Shown here piece by piece: positions 21,059 through 31,973 of a stretch of DNA of 64,000 bases (position 1 is the stretch's first letter; the number at the start of each line of letters is the position of its first letter). Below the pieces are notes generated by a model. The model was not told the DNA's origin. It worked only from the letters and a program-made list of their open reading frames with translations, and ran no database searches. The stretch lies in assembly GCA_017448975.1 (NCBI GenBank), contig JAFSKN010000028.1, forward strand, positions 2,035-66,034, read 5' to 3'. The position numbers and the translations under genes are program-made. The stretch is from Clostridia bacterium (GTDB lineage: Bacteria > Bacillota > Clostridia > Christensenellales > Aristaeellaceae).

Positions 21059-21925
21059 TTGATTTACGCTATTTGCAACCCGACCGCCGGCAGCGGCAGA
21101 GGAAAAATCATTGGCGAAATCATTACAAAGATATTGATCGAAAAAAATCTGCCTTTCCGCATGGTTATGACGGAACGGCCGGGCCAGGCCACCGAGTTTG
21201 CCAGGGAAGCCTGCGACATGCAGGCGGACACCGTGCTGGCCATCGGCGGCGACGGCACTTCCCTGGAGGTGGCCCGGGGCATGATCGGCCGGGACAGCGC
21301 CCTTGGCATCATTCCTGCCGGAACGGGCAATGATTTTGTAAAAACCTTAGGCGTCCCTCTTCAGCCCATTGACGCTCTGGAATACATTTTGGCCCATCCT
21401 CCCCAAAGCACCGACGCGGGGGAAATCAACGGCGAGATCTTTCTAAATGAAATTGGCACCGGCTTTGACGTATCGGTGCTGGATTACGCGGCCAAGGCCA
21501 AGAAAACCTTCCGGGGCATTATTCCCTATCTGTACGGCGTGCTGATGACGCTGTTCCGCTTTCATTCCATTTCCCTCACCTATTCCATCGACGGCGGCGA
21601 AAAAACGACCATGGACGCCTTTGTGGTCAGTGCGGCCAACGGGGGAAAGATCGGCGGCGGCATCCCCATCGCACCCCAGGCCAAGGTGGACGACGGCAAG
21701 CTGGACGTGACCATCGTGGGCAAAATCAAAACAACCAAACTGATCAGCCGCCTGATCGGGCTCATGCGCGGAAAGATCCTGTCCTTTCCGGAAACCCAGT
21801 ATTACCGCGCCGGATCCGTCACCTTTACCGTGCCCGAAATGCGGGTGAATATCGATGGTGAAATCGTGCGGGAAAAAACGGTCACCGCCCGGGTGCTGCC
21901 CGGCGCGCTGATGATCCACCGATGA
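21059..21925 (+). CDS. diacylglycerol/lipid kinase family protein (YegS/DagK-like)
   Basis: TTG start. Motifs NPTAGSGRG, GGDGT and PAGTGNDF. Confidence 0.85.
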   Translation: MIYAICNPTAGSGRGKIIGEIITKILIEKNLPFRMVMTERPGQATEFAREACDMQADTVLAIGGDGTSLEVARGMIGRDSALGIIPAGTGNDFVKTLGVPLQPIDALEYILAHPPQSTDAGEINGEIFLNEIGTGFDVSVLDYAAKAKKTFRGIIPYLYGVLMTLFRFHSISLTYSIDGGEKTTMDAFVVSAANGGKIGGGIPIAPQAKVDDGKLDVTIVGKIKTTKLISRLIGLMRGKILSFPETQYYRAGSVTFTVPEMRVNIDGEIVREKTVTARVLPGALMIHR

Positions 21926-21942
21926 CAGAAGTATCGTTACAT

Positions 21943-21965
21943 GCCGCCCTTCGGGGCGGTTTTTT
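21943..21965 (+). terminator. rho-independent terminator
   Basis: GCCGCCC-ttcg-GGGCGGT followed by TTTTT. Confidence 0.75.
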
Positions 21966-21967
21966 AT

Positions 21968-22090
21968 GAGAGTTGAGAGGCAGGAGTTGAGAGTTGAGAT
22001 ATATTTCCTATACGCGCTTTTTTCGACGGATTAACAGGGAGAAAGTGAAAAACATAATAAATCTCAACTCTCTGCTCCCAACTCTAAACG
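21968..22090. repeat. heptad-armed inverted repeat element, copy 4
   Basis: GAGAGTTGAGAGGCAGGAGTTGAGAGTTGAGAT (21968-22000) versus ATCTCAACTCTCTGCTCCCAACTCTAAAC (22061-22090), with a 60-nt AT-rich core. Confidence 0.7.
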
Positions 22091-22215
22091 AGTGCGTCCA
22101 AGTATTTCTCTCGCAAGTTCAGCTTTTATCACCTTTTCCGAAGCGCGACATAGGATGAAATTGAGCGGCGGGAATTGCCGCCGCCGGATCACCCTGGAAA
22201 AGCGAGGGAAAAAAG

Positions 22216-22692
<477 letters not shown>

Positions 22693-22738
22693 CCAACCGG
22701 GGGCGGCACACAAGCCGCCCCCATTTTCGGAGGGCGTT

Positions 22739-23842
22739 ATGAAAATCGCGGTTTATGCCATTGCCAAGGACGAAAGCAAATTTGCGCTCCGCTGGGCCGA
22801 TTCCATGGCAGAGGCGGATGAAATCTATGTATTGGATACCGGCTCCGCCGACGATACGGCGGATTTGCTGCGCAGCCGCGGCGTGATCGTAGAAGAGGAA
22901 AGGATCGATCCCTGGCGGTTCGACGCGGCGCGGAATCGGTCGCTGGAGCTGGTGCCGGAGGATACGGATATTTGTGTGTGCACCGATTTGGACGAGGAAT
23001 TTGAACCGGGCTGGCGGAAAAAGTTAGAGGCCGCCTGGCAGCCGGACGCTACCCGGGCTTCCTATCGGTACACCTGGAATTTTGAAGCGGACGGCGCGGA
23101 GGGACATGTGTTCTGGCTGGATAAAATCCATATCCGGAACGGTTATCAATGGACCCATCCCGTGCACGAAGTGCTTTCCTGGCAGGGGCCGGGGGCGGAA
23201 AAGAGGATAAACGCGGAGGGCATGCAGCTCAACCATCGGGCCGACCCGGAAAAATCCCGGGCCCAATACCTGCCCCTGCTGGAGCTCTCCGTGCGGGAAG
23301 CGCCGCAGGACGACCGGAACATGCACTACTTAGGCCGGGAATACCTGTTTCACGCACGGTGGGACGACTGCATCAACACGTTAAAAAAACACCTCGCCCT
23401 GCCCTCGGCCGTCTGGCGGGATGAGCGCTGCGCCTCCATGCGGTATATTGCCAAGGCTTACGCTGCCAAGGGCGATTTTTCTTCCGCCGAAGCCTGGGGC
23501 TGGCGGGCCATCGCCGAAGCGCCCCACCTGCGGGAGCCGTTCATGGATTTGGCCTTTCAGCTGTATCAAAAAATGGATTGGGAAGGCGTGGTGTACCTGA
23601 CGGGCCGGGCCCTCAAAATCACCGAGCGCCCCGGCACCTACATCACGGAAAGCGCGGCCTGGGGCAGCCTGCCCTGGGATTTGCGCAGCCTGGGCTTCTA
23701 TTATACCGGACAAATGCAAAAAGCCGCCGAAGCCATTGACGAAGCGATTCGTCTTTCGCCCAATGACGAACGGCTGAAAAGCAATCGGGAACTGATAGAT
23801 TCTGGGGCCTCCGCGGCCCCAGACCCCGCGCCAGGGAGATGA
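22739..23842 (+). CDS. family-2-like glycosyltransferase with C-terminal TPR region
   Basis: N-terminal GT-A-like segment (KIAVYAIAKDE.., DTGSADDT, CTDLDE) and a TPR-like helical C-terminus. Confidence 0.6.
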   Translation: MKIAVYAIAKDESKFALRWADSMAEADEIYVLDTGSADDTADLLRSRGVIVEEERIDPWRFDAARNRSLELVPEDTDICVCTDLDEEFEPGWRKKLEAAWQPDATRASYRYTWNFEADGAEGHVFWLDKIHIRNGYQWTHPVHEVLSWQGPGAEKRINAEGMQLNHRADPEKSRAQYLPLLELSVREAPQDDRNMHYLGREYLFHARWDDCINTLKKHLALPSAVWRDERCASMRYIAKAYAAKGDFSSAEAWGWRAIAEAPHLREPFMDLAFQLYQKMDWEGVVYLTGRALKITERPGTYITESAAWGSLPWDLRSLGFYYTGQMQKAAEAIDEAIRLSPNDERLKSNRELIDSGASAAPDPAPGR

Positions 23843-24150
23843 TCTCCCTGGACCCTCTCTTGGCGAAGCGGCTTGCAAGGATATACCGAACAAAGGCCGC
23901 CCGCCTCGCTGGGGTTCACGGAAGTTTGATGGCTTCTGGCCCAAGAAAGCCGCCAAAGGCGGCCGGGCCAGAAGCAAAAAGCCGTCAAGTTTTGCTATCC
24001 TTTTCAATGCAACAGCGGGAACCAAGCCGTCTCGAAGCACGAAGAAACATCCGCAGGAGCGGGGTCCAGGGGATTCAATCCCCTGGTAGGGCGCGGGGCA
24101 AAGCCCCGCTTGGTTCTATGCGTAAACCCCGGAAAAAAGAATCGTGCTGA

Positions 24151-24179
24151 TTGCTGAAATTGTCATTGTATGGTACAAT
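24151..24179 (+). promoter_or_regulatory. sigma-70 promoter TTGCTG-17-TACAAT (TG-extended)
   Basis: Read directly, upstream of the HAD-tmk gene. Confidence 0.5.
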
Positions 24180-24216
24180 AGCATCCTAACGAATACTTTC
24201 GGAAGGATGCTTTGCT

Positions 24217-25500
24217 GTGCTTACTTACGACGCTGTGATTTTTGATCTGGACGGAACGCTGACCGATTCCCGGCCCGGTATTTATGCCTGTACGGAATAC
24301 GCCCTGAAAAAGATGGGCCTGCCTGTGCCCCCGGAAGACACCCTGCGCCGCTTCCTGGGGCCGCCCCTGGCGGAGAGCTTTACGAAGTACTGCGGCATGA
24401 CGGAGGAACAGGCTTCCTACGCCACCGATCTGTACCGGGAGCGGTATATCCCCATCGGCTGGAAGGAAAACAGCGTGTATCCCCGCATCCGGGCTTTGCT
24501 TTCGGCGCTGAAGGAACGGGGCGCGTATCTGGCCGTTGCCACCGGCAAGCCGGAGCATACGTCGGTGGAAATCCTGCGCTATTTCGGCCTGCTGCAATAC
24601 TTTGACAAGGTGGCGGGCCCCACGCCGGGCGATCTGCACGCTGACAAGGGCATGCTCATCCGCCGGGTGCTGCCGGAGGGACAGAAAGCCGTTATGATCG
24701 GGGACATCGCGGGGGACATCAAGGGCGCGCAGGACGCGGGCGTCGATTCCATTGCCGCCCTGTACGGTTACGGGAACAGGGAAGAAACCCTGGCCCGGCG
24801 CCCCACCCACGCGGCGGAAACCACGCAGGCGCTGTGTGATTTGCTGTGCCCCGATATGCCCGCGCCCAAGGGGTATTTTATCGCCCTGGAGGGCGGCGAC
24901 GGCTGCGGCAAATCCACCCAGGGCAAGGCCCTGGCGGAGCGGCTTGCCCAGTTTGGCTACACCGTGCGCCGCACCCGGGAGCCCGGCGGCTGCCCCATTG
25001 CGGAGGAAATCCGGAAGATCGTGCTGGCCAAGGAGGACGGGGGCATGTGCGCCGAAACGGAAGCGCTGCTGTTCGCCGCCGCCCGTGCCCAGCACGTAAA
25101 AGAAGTGATCCTGCCCGCCGTGAAAAACGGCGAAATCGTGCTGTGCGACCGGTTTGTGGATTCTTCCCTGGTGTATCAGGGCATCGCGAGGGGCTTGGGG
25201 CTTGATTGGGTGCGGGAAATCAACCGGGTGGCCTACCGGGAGGGCGTGCCCGACGTGACGCTGTACCTGCGCATGGATCACGAGGCCGCTATGGCCCGGC
25301 GTTTAGCCGTTTCCCAGCCCGACCGCATCGAAAAGGCGGGGGATTCCTTCCACGCCCGCACGGAAGCGGGTTTCGAGCAATTGTACAGAGAAGCGCCGGA
25401 TCGCTTCCTGACCGTCAACGCCGCGCAGAAGCCGGAGGAAGTGACGGAAGAAATATTCGGGAAACTGTTCGATCGCATGACCGGGGAGGGCGTTTTATAA
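24217..25500 (+). CDS. tmk: fusion protein: HAD phosphatase (Gph-like) + thymidylate kinase
   Basis: The N-terminal half has HAD motifs (VIFDLDGTLTDS .. GDIAGDIKGA). The C-terminal half has the dTMP kinase P-loop (FIALEGGDGCGKSTQ) and DRFVDSSLVYQG. Confidence 0.85.
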   Translation: MLTYDAVIFDLDGTLTDSRPGIYACTEYALKKMGLPVPPEDTLRRFLGPPLAESFTKYCGMTEEQASYATDLYRERYIPIGWKENSVYPRIRALLSALKERGAYLAVATGKPEHTSVEILRYFGLLQYFDKVAGPTPGDLHADKGMLIRRVLPEGQKAVMIGDIAGDIKGAQDAGVDSIAALYGYGNREETLARRPTHAAETTQALCDLLCPDMPAPKGYFIALEGGDGCGKSTQGKALAERLAQFGYTVRRTREPGGCPIAEEIRKIVLAKEDGGMCAETEALLFAAARAQHVKEVILPAVKNGEIVLCDRFVDSSLVYQGIARGLGLDWVREINRVAYREGVPDVTLYLRMDHEAAMARRLAVSQPDRIEKAGDSFHARTEAGFEQLYREAPDRFLTVNAAQKPEEVTEEIFGKLFDRMTGEGVL

Positions 25501-26565
<1,065 letters not shown>

Positions 26566-26582
26566 GTTTCCGTGTTTTTTTC

Positions 26583-26607
26583 CGGCATGCGTGCTGCATG
26601 CCGTTTT
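26583..26607 (+). terminator. rho-independent terminator after mnmA
   Basis: CGGCATGC/GCATGCCG stem followed by TTTT. Confidence 0.6.
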
Positions 26608-26651
26608 ATTTCGGAATTGAAATATAATTGTAACAATTCCTCCGGTCACAG

Positions 26652-26681
26652 TTGACAAAATTGAAACTCTTTCGTTATAAT
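26652..26681 (+). promoter_or_regulatory. sigma-70 promoter TTGACA-18-TATAAT
   Basis: Read directly. Confidence 0.6.
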
Positions 26682-26723
26682 ACGGAGTGGCAGAAATGCC
26701 AAATCCAGCATATGAGGAATACA

Positions 26724-28121
26724 ATGAAAACGGATATCGTGATCGTCGGCGCGGGCCCGGCGGGCATTTTTACCGCGCTGGAAATGCTGCGGGCGGGCAG
26801 CAAAAAGAAAATCACCATCGTGGAAAAAGGCGCGGCCATTGAAAACCGCCGCTGCCCCAAGGTGAAAACGGGCAAGTGCATGAATTGCAGGCCCTATTGC
26901 CATATCACCACCGGCTTTTCCGGTGCGGGCGCTTTTTCGGACGGCAAGCTGAGCCTTTCCTACGAGGTGGGCGGCCAGCTTCCCGAGCTGATCGGCGAAA
27001 ACTACGCCCAGGAAATGATCGACTACACGGACAAGATTTATCTGGATTTCGGGGCCGACAGCCACGTGGAGGGCATCGGCCAGAGCGAGGAAATCAAGCA
27101 GATCCGCCTGCGCGCCATCAAGGCGGGGCTCAAGCTGGTGGACTGTCCCATCCGGCATTTGGGTACGGAAAAGGCGCAAATCATTTACGGGGAAATTGAA
27201 AAGTATCTGCTGGCCCACGGGGTGGAAATCCTTTTTGGGTGCAGCTGCGAAAACCTGATTTTAGACGGCGCGCGCTGTATCGGCGTTTCCGTGGAGGAAA
27301 AGGGCGTTTCCAAGGAAATCCTGGCCGACCGCACCGTGGTGGCAACGGGCCGCCGGGGCGCGGACTGGCTGGAAAAGCTGTGCGAGGAGCACGGTATTGC
27401 CCATCAGCCCGGCACGGTGGATATCGGCGTGCGGGTGGAAGTGCGCAGCGAAGTGATGGAAATCGTGAACCGGGCCCTGTACGAAAGCAAGCTGGTGGGC
27501 TATCCCGAGCCCTTCCGCAACAAGGTGCGCACCTTCTGCCAGAATCCAGGCGGCTTCGTGAGCCAGGAAAACTACGACAACGAACTGGCCGTGGTGAACG
27601 GACATTCCTATAAGGAACTGAAAACGGAAAACACCAACCTGGCCATCCTCTGCTCCCACAATTTCACCGAGCCCTTCAATCAGCCCATTGCCTACGCCCA
27701 GAAGGTGGGCGAGCTGACCAACATGCTGGGCGACGGCCGCATCCTGGTGCAGCGCTTCGGCGATATCCTGAACGGCAAGCGCACCTGGCAGAAGGAGCTT
27801 TGCCGCGCCAACGTGCGCCCCACCCTGCCCGACGCCGTGGCGGGGGACATTACCGCCGCCATGCCCTACCGCGCCATGACCAATATCATCCATTTTATGC
27901 AGGCCATGGATCAGGTGGTGCCCGGCTTCGCGGCTTCGGAAACGCTGCTCTATTCCCCCGAGCTCAAATTCTATTCCAACCGGGTGAAGATGGATCAGGA
28001 TTTCCGCACCAATATTCTGGGCCTGCACTGCTTAGGCGATTCCAGCGGCTGGACGCGGGGCCTGATGATGGCCTCCGTCATGGGCGTGATCATGGGGCAG
28101 AAGCTGGCAAAAGAAGGCTGA
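26724..28121 (+). CDS. NAD(P)/FAD-dependent oxidoreductase (COG2509-like)
   Basis: Dinucleotide fold DIVIVGAGPAGIF at the N-terminus; 465 aa. Confidence 0.7.
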   Translation: MKTDIVIVGAGPAGIFTALEMLRAGSKKKITIVEKGAAIENRRCPKVKTGKCMNCRPYCHITTGFSGAGAFSDGKLSLSYEVGGQLPELIGENYAQEMIDYTDKIYLDFGADSHVEGIGQSEEIKQIRLRAIKAGLKLVDCPIRHLGTEKAQIIYGEIEKYLLAHGVEILFGCSCENLILDGARCIGVSVEEKGVSKEILADRTVVATGRRGADWLEKLCEEHGIAHQPGTVDIGVRVEVRSEVMEIVNRALYESKLVGYPEPFRNKVRTFCQNPGGFVSQENYDNELAVVNGHSYKELKTENTNLAILCSHNFTEPFNQPIAYAQKVGELTNMLGDGRILVQRFGDILNGKRTWQKELCRANVRPTLPDAVAGDITAAMPYRAMTNIIHFMQAMDQVVPGFAASETLLYSPELKFYSNRVKMDQDFRTNILGLHCLGDSSGWTRGLMMASVMGVIMGQKLAKEG

Positions 28122-28210
28122 GCTGCCTTTGATTCACCATTGATTTTTACCCGAATCGCGTTGTACAATCATCACACATCCGATACCACGAAGGCACAGA
28201 GGTGAACACC

Positions 28211-29887
28211 ATGAAAAAATGGATGGGACTGCTTTTGATCACAGCCGTTTTGTGCTTATGCTTCGGCGCGGCCCTGGCGGAAGATGGGCTGAAACCCGGC
28301 GATTCCGGCGAAGCGGTGCTGGAACTGAACACCCGGCTGCGGCAATTGAATTATACCACCGTCCGGGCCACCGACCAGTACGCCGACGCCACAAAAGCGG
28401 CGGTTTCCGCCGTGCAGGAGGCTTACGGCCTGGAAAAAACGGGCATTGCCGACGAAAGAACCCTGGAAATCATTTACGGCGACTGCTACCGGCCCCTGAC
28501 CCACGGCGCGACGGGCGAGGACGTGAAGGCACTCCAGGAAAAAATGGCGGAGCTGGGTTATTATTCCGGCAACATCACCGGCAGCTACTTAGAGGGCACC
28601 GAAGCGGCGGTGAAGATTCTCCAGGGGGAAAACAGCATGGAGATCACCGGGATCGCCGACGTAGCGACCCAGGAAAAGCTGTTTTCTCTCTCCATCCGGC
28701 CTACGGCTACTCCCACACCCGTTCCCACCCCTTCGCCCATTCCCACGCCGTCGCCCACGCCGGGGCCTTATCAGCCCTTCCCGGGCACCCTGAAAAAAGG
28801 CTCTGCCGGCAGCAATGTGCCCAAGGTGCAGCAGCGGCTGATGGATTTAGGCTTCTTCACTTTTTATAAAACGACCAACAATTATCAGGATAAAACCGTT
28901 CAGGCCGTCAAGGATTTCCAGAAGCACAACGGCCTGGAGGTCACCGGCGTGGTGAACGAGGACACCTGGAACGCCCTCTTTAACGATACCACCACCGTGG
29001 ACGTGCACAGCGCGGCCAAGCCCGCCTTTGAACCCACGCCCCTGCCTTACTTCTTTGAAGTGGACGTGAAAAACCAGGTGGTGAAGGTGTGGAAATACAA
29101 CCGGGAAACTGAGGATTACACCGATCTGGACCGGGCCTTCATCTGCGCCACCGGCACCACCAAATATCCTTCGCCCCTGGGCACCTTCACCCTGTCCGGA
29201 CGGCGGGCCGCCCACTGCAAATTCCCCACCTGGGGCGGCGGCGAAGCCCGGTGGTGGACCAAGATCACCGATGAAATCGCTTTCCACAGCGTGCTGTACG
29301 GCGACAGCAGCGACGCCTCTACCCTGAAAGTGTCCTCCCTGACCGGCCTTGGCAGGCGCGGGTCCCACGGGTGCATCCGCCTGACGGTGGCCGACGCCAA
29401 ATGGATTTACGACAACGCCACAGCGGGCATGAAGGTGTGGATCCACGACGACGCGGCGGACGATCCCGAGATGCGCTACAAGGTAAAGCCCGGCGAGCTG
29501 AACACCAAATCCATGATGCCGGTGGAAACCCCCGCGCCGCCCCTGTATACCTACGACGGCAAAACGGCCCCGGAAACGGCGGAGCGCAATTTGAAGTCGG
29601 GCGATGAGGGCCAGGATGTATACTGGCTGCAAATGAAGCTGAAAGAGCTGGGCTTCTATACCGGCACCGCCACCGGCCAGTACCGGGAGGGCACCAAGAA
29701 AGCCGTGGCCGCTTATCAGCGCAGCCGGGGCCTGGACAGCAGCGGCACCGCCAACAAAAAGACCCTGGAAACCCTGTACAAGGAAGTCCGGGAAGCCAAC
29801 AAAACCCCCGAACCCACTTTAGCGCCCACCCCAACCCCCGCGCCCACCCAAACCCTGGTCCCCGATACCCAAACGCCCAAACCCTGA
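28211..29887 (+). CDS. L,D-transpeptidase with multiple peptidoglycan-binding domains
   Basis: Signal peptide, four PG_binding_1-like repeats (GDSGEAV..LQ..L), a Pro/Thr linker, and the YkuD catalytic motif GSHGCIRL. Confidence 0.85.
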   Translation: MKKWMGLLLITAVLCLCFGAALAEDGLKPGDSGEAVLELNTRLRQLNYTTVRATDQYADATKAAVSAVQEAYGLEKTGIADERTLEIIYGDCYRPLTHGATGEDVKALQEKMAELGYYSGNITGSYLEGTEAAVKILQGENSMEITGIADVATQEKLFSLSIRPTATPTPVPTPSPIPTPSPTPGPYQPFPGTLKKGSAGSNVPKVQQRLMDLGFFTFYKTTNNYQDKTVQAVKDFQKHNGLEVTGVVNEDTWNALFNDTTTVDVHSAAKPAFEPTPLPYFFEVDVKNQVVKVWKYNRETEDYTDLDRAFICATGTTKYPSPLGTFTLSGRRAAHCKFPTWGGGEARWWTKITDEIAFHSVLYGDSSDASTLKVSSLTGLGRRGSHGCIRLTVADAKWIYDNATAGMKVWIHDDAADDPEMRYKVKPGELNTKSMMPVETPAPPLYTYDGKTAPETAERNLKSGDEGQDVYWLQMKLKELGFYTGTATGQYREGTKKAVAAYQRSRGLDSSGTANKKTLETLYKEVREANKTPEPTLAPTPTPAPTQTLVPDTQTPKP

Positions 29888-29897
29888 ATCATTTTTG

Positions 29898-29935
29898 CGA
29901 TGCTCCTTTCGCTGTGCGGGGAGCATCGTTTTTTT
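29898..29935 (+). terminator. rho-independent terminator
   Basis: CGATGCTCC/GGAGCATCG stem followed by TTTTTTT. Confidence 0.7.
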
Positions 29936-29942
29936 CCGCCGA

Positions 29943-29971
29943 TTGACAAACGGGTGCGGAATCGGTATAAT
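29943..29971 (+). promoter_or_regulatory. sigma-70 promoter TTGACA-17-TATAAT
   Basis: Read directly, upstream of the DRTGG/PHP gene pair. Confidence 0.65.
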
Positions 29972-30021
29972 TTGAAGCAATTGAAACGACGTTTTTTGAC
30001 GGTGACAGGGAGGAATGAACA

Positions 30022-30369
30022 TTGAAGGTATCCGAATTGGCGCAATTGATCGAAGCGGAAAATTTGACCCCCGGCGTGGAAGAAGACAAGGAAATTTCCT
30101 GCGGCTATACCTGCGATCTGCTGTCCTGGGTGATGGCCCACGGCTGCGAGGGCATGGCGTGGATCACCGTGCAGACCCATATGAACGTGGTGGCGGTGGC
30201 GGCGCTGGCGGAAATGGCCTGCGTGGTGCTGCCGGAGGGCATCGACATGCCGGAGGCCATCCTGCAAAAGGCTGCCGACGAAGGGCTGTGCGTGCTGAAA
30301 AGCCCCCTGTCCGCCTATGCCATCTGCGGGCGCATGATGGAAAAGGGCGTGCCGGAAAAGGCAGAGTAA
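30022..30369 (+). CDS. DRTGG domain protein
   Basis: 115 aa with a TTG start after GGGAGG. Family assignment is from memory of DRTGG-type small proteins that pair with PHP proteins. Confidence 0.55.
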   Translation: MKVSELAQLIEAENLTPGVEEDKEISCGYTCDLLSWVMAHGCEGMAWITVQTHMNVVAVAALAEMACVVLPEGIDMPEAILQKAADEGLCVLKSPLSAYAICGRMMEKGVPEKAE

Positions 30370-30371
30370 AG

Positions 30372-31082
30372 ATGAACCTGTTTGCCGATCTGCATATCCA
30401 CTCCTGCCTTTCGCCCTGCGGGGACAACGACATGACGCCGGGGAACATTTTGGGCATGGCGGTGGTGAAGGGCCTGGACGCCGTGGCTATTGCCGATCAC
30501 AACGCCGCGCGGAACCTGCCCACGGCGCAAAAAATCGCCGACGCCTACGGCCTTCTTTTGGTGCCCGCTATCGAAATCACAACAAAAGAAGAAGTGCATA
30601 TGCTGGGCTATTTCCCGGATGTGCCCACCGCCGTGGAGTTTGGGGCCATGCTGAAAGAGCACCTGCCCAAAAAGAAAAACAAGCCCTCCTTTTTCGGGGA
30701 GCAGCTGGTGATGGACGAGGACGATCAGGTGATCGATACGGAGGACGCCCTGCTGATCGGCGCCACCGACCTGCCCCTGGAGGTATGCGCGGAAAAAGTG
30801 CGCGCCGTGGGCGGCGTGCCGGTGCCCGCCCACATCAACCGGGGCAACAACGGGCTGCTGATCAATTTGGGCTTCATGCCCCCGGAGCCCGCGTTTACCA
30901 CCGTGGAGGTATGGCGGGATCTGCCCTGCCCCCTGGAGCCGCTGGAAAATAAGCATGTGCTTCATTCCTCCGACGCCCATTATTTGGGGGATATTCAGGA
31001 GCAGGTGTTTTCCCTGCGCCTGCCGGAAAAGAGCGTGGAAGCGCTGCTTTCCTGGATGCGCAGCCAGCAGAAAACGGCTTGA
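30372..31082 (+). CDS. PHP domain metal-dependent phosphoesterase
   Basis: DLHIHSCLSPCGD N-terminal motif, later ADHN and AHINR. Confidence 0.75.
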   Translation: MNLFADLHIHSCLSPCGDNDMTPGNILGMAVVKGLDAVAIADHNAARNLPTAQKIADAYGLLLVPAIEITTKEEVHMLGYFPDVPTAVEFGAMLKEHLPKKKNKPSFFGEQLVMDEDDQVIDTEDALLIGATDLPLEVCAEKVRAVGGVPVPAHINRGNNGLLINLGFMPPEPAFTTVEVWRDLPCPLEPLENKHVLHSSDAHYLGDIQEQVFSLRLPEKSVEALLSWMRSQQKTA

Positions 31083-31107
31083 TATTGCTTGAAGAGGGGA
31101 TGATCGC

Positions 31108-31740
31108 ATGACGTTTTCCGATGACGCTTCCGGCTTTGTGCTGGTGAGCGAAGCGGTGCCGGATGTGATCCTGGAGATTCGCTACTATTCCACCTACAAT
31201 TTTATCGGCGGCCGCATCGACGGCTACGAGGAGCCCGTGGCGCTGCTGACGAGGGAAGCGGCGGCAGCCCTGCACACGGTCAGCGACGACGCGGTAAGGC
31301 AGGGCTATCGGCTGAAAGTGTTCGACGCTTACCGCCCGCAAAAGGCGGTGACCCACTTCATGCGCTGGGCGCGGGACGAAAAGGACGCCAGCATGAAGGA
31401 TTGTTTCTATCCCGGCCTTGATAAAAAAGACCTGATCCCCGACGGCTACATCGCGGAGCATTCCGGCCACAGCCGGGGCAGCACGGTGGACCTGACCCTG
31501 TTTGACATGAAAACCGGGAAAGAAACCGATATGGGCGGGCCCTTTGATTTCTTCGGCGTGCGAAGCCACTTTGATTTTCCTTCCCTTACCCCGGAGCAGC
31601 GCGCGAATCGCGTGCTTTTACAAAGGATGATGACGGCGCGGGGGTTTGCGCCGTATTCGGAGGAATGGTGGCATTTTACCCTGGCAAACGAACCGTACCC
31701 GGATACCTATTTTACCTTTCCCGTCAGTTCCCGCCCGTGA
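31108..31740 (+). CDS. D-alanyl-D-alanine dipeptidase (VanX/DdpX-like, M15)
   Basis: SEHSRG-type motif (AEHSGHSRGSTVDLTL) and EWWHF. Confidence 0.85.
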   Translation: MTFSDDASGFVLVSEAVPDVILEIRYYSTYNFIGGRIDGYEEPVALLTREAAAALHTVSDDAVRQGYRLKVFDAYRPQKAVTHFMRWARDEKDASMKDCFYPGLDKKDLIPDGYIAEHSGHSRGSTVDLTLFDMKTGKETDMGGPFDFFGVRSHFDFPSLTPEQRANRVLLQRMMTARGFAPYSEEWWHFTLANEPYPDTYFTFPVSSRP

Positions 31741-31783
31741 AACACGGCTGAAACCAAATTGGTTACAATTTTATGAAAAAGGA

Positions 31784-31811
31784 AAAAGAGAAAAGAGAAA
31801 AGAGAAAAGAG
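31784..31811. repeat. tandem heptamer AAAAGAG x4
   Basis: Read directly upstream of the tRNA promoter. Confidence 0.8.
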
Positions 31812-31831
31812 AAAAATATTCAAAAAAGGTG

Positions 31832-31860
31832 TTGACAAATGAGCGTCGTGCGGTTATAAT
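31832..31860 (+). promoter_or_regulatory. consensus sigma-70 promoter TTGACA-17-TATAAT for tRNA-Pro
   Basis: Perfect hexamers 36 nt upstream of the tRNA 5' end. Confidence 0.75.
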
Positions 31861-31895
31861 ACCACTTGTGCCTGAGAGATCAGCACAAAAAGTAT

Positions 31896-31972
31896 CTGGG
31901 TGTAGCGCAGCTTGGTAGCGTGCTTGAATGGGGTTCAAGAGGCCGAGAGTTCAAATCTCTCCACCCAGACCA
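31896..31972 (+). tRNA. tRNA-Pro (anticodon GGG)
   Basis: Hand-folded cloverleaf of 77 nt. Acceptor CTGGGTG/CACCCAG, anticodon arm CTTGA-ATGGGGT-TCAAG, T-arm GAGAG-TTCAAAT-CTCTC, encoded CCA. Confidence 0.9.
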
Positions 31973-31973
31973 C

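Noticed and set aside
24060-24090. T-arm-like hairpin CCAGGGG-ATTCAAT-CCCCTGG as part of a tRNA or tmRNA.
   Set aside because: No acceptor, D or anticodon arms can be built around it, and the loop does not fit the TTCRANY consensus.
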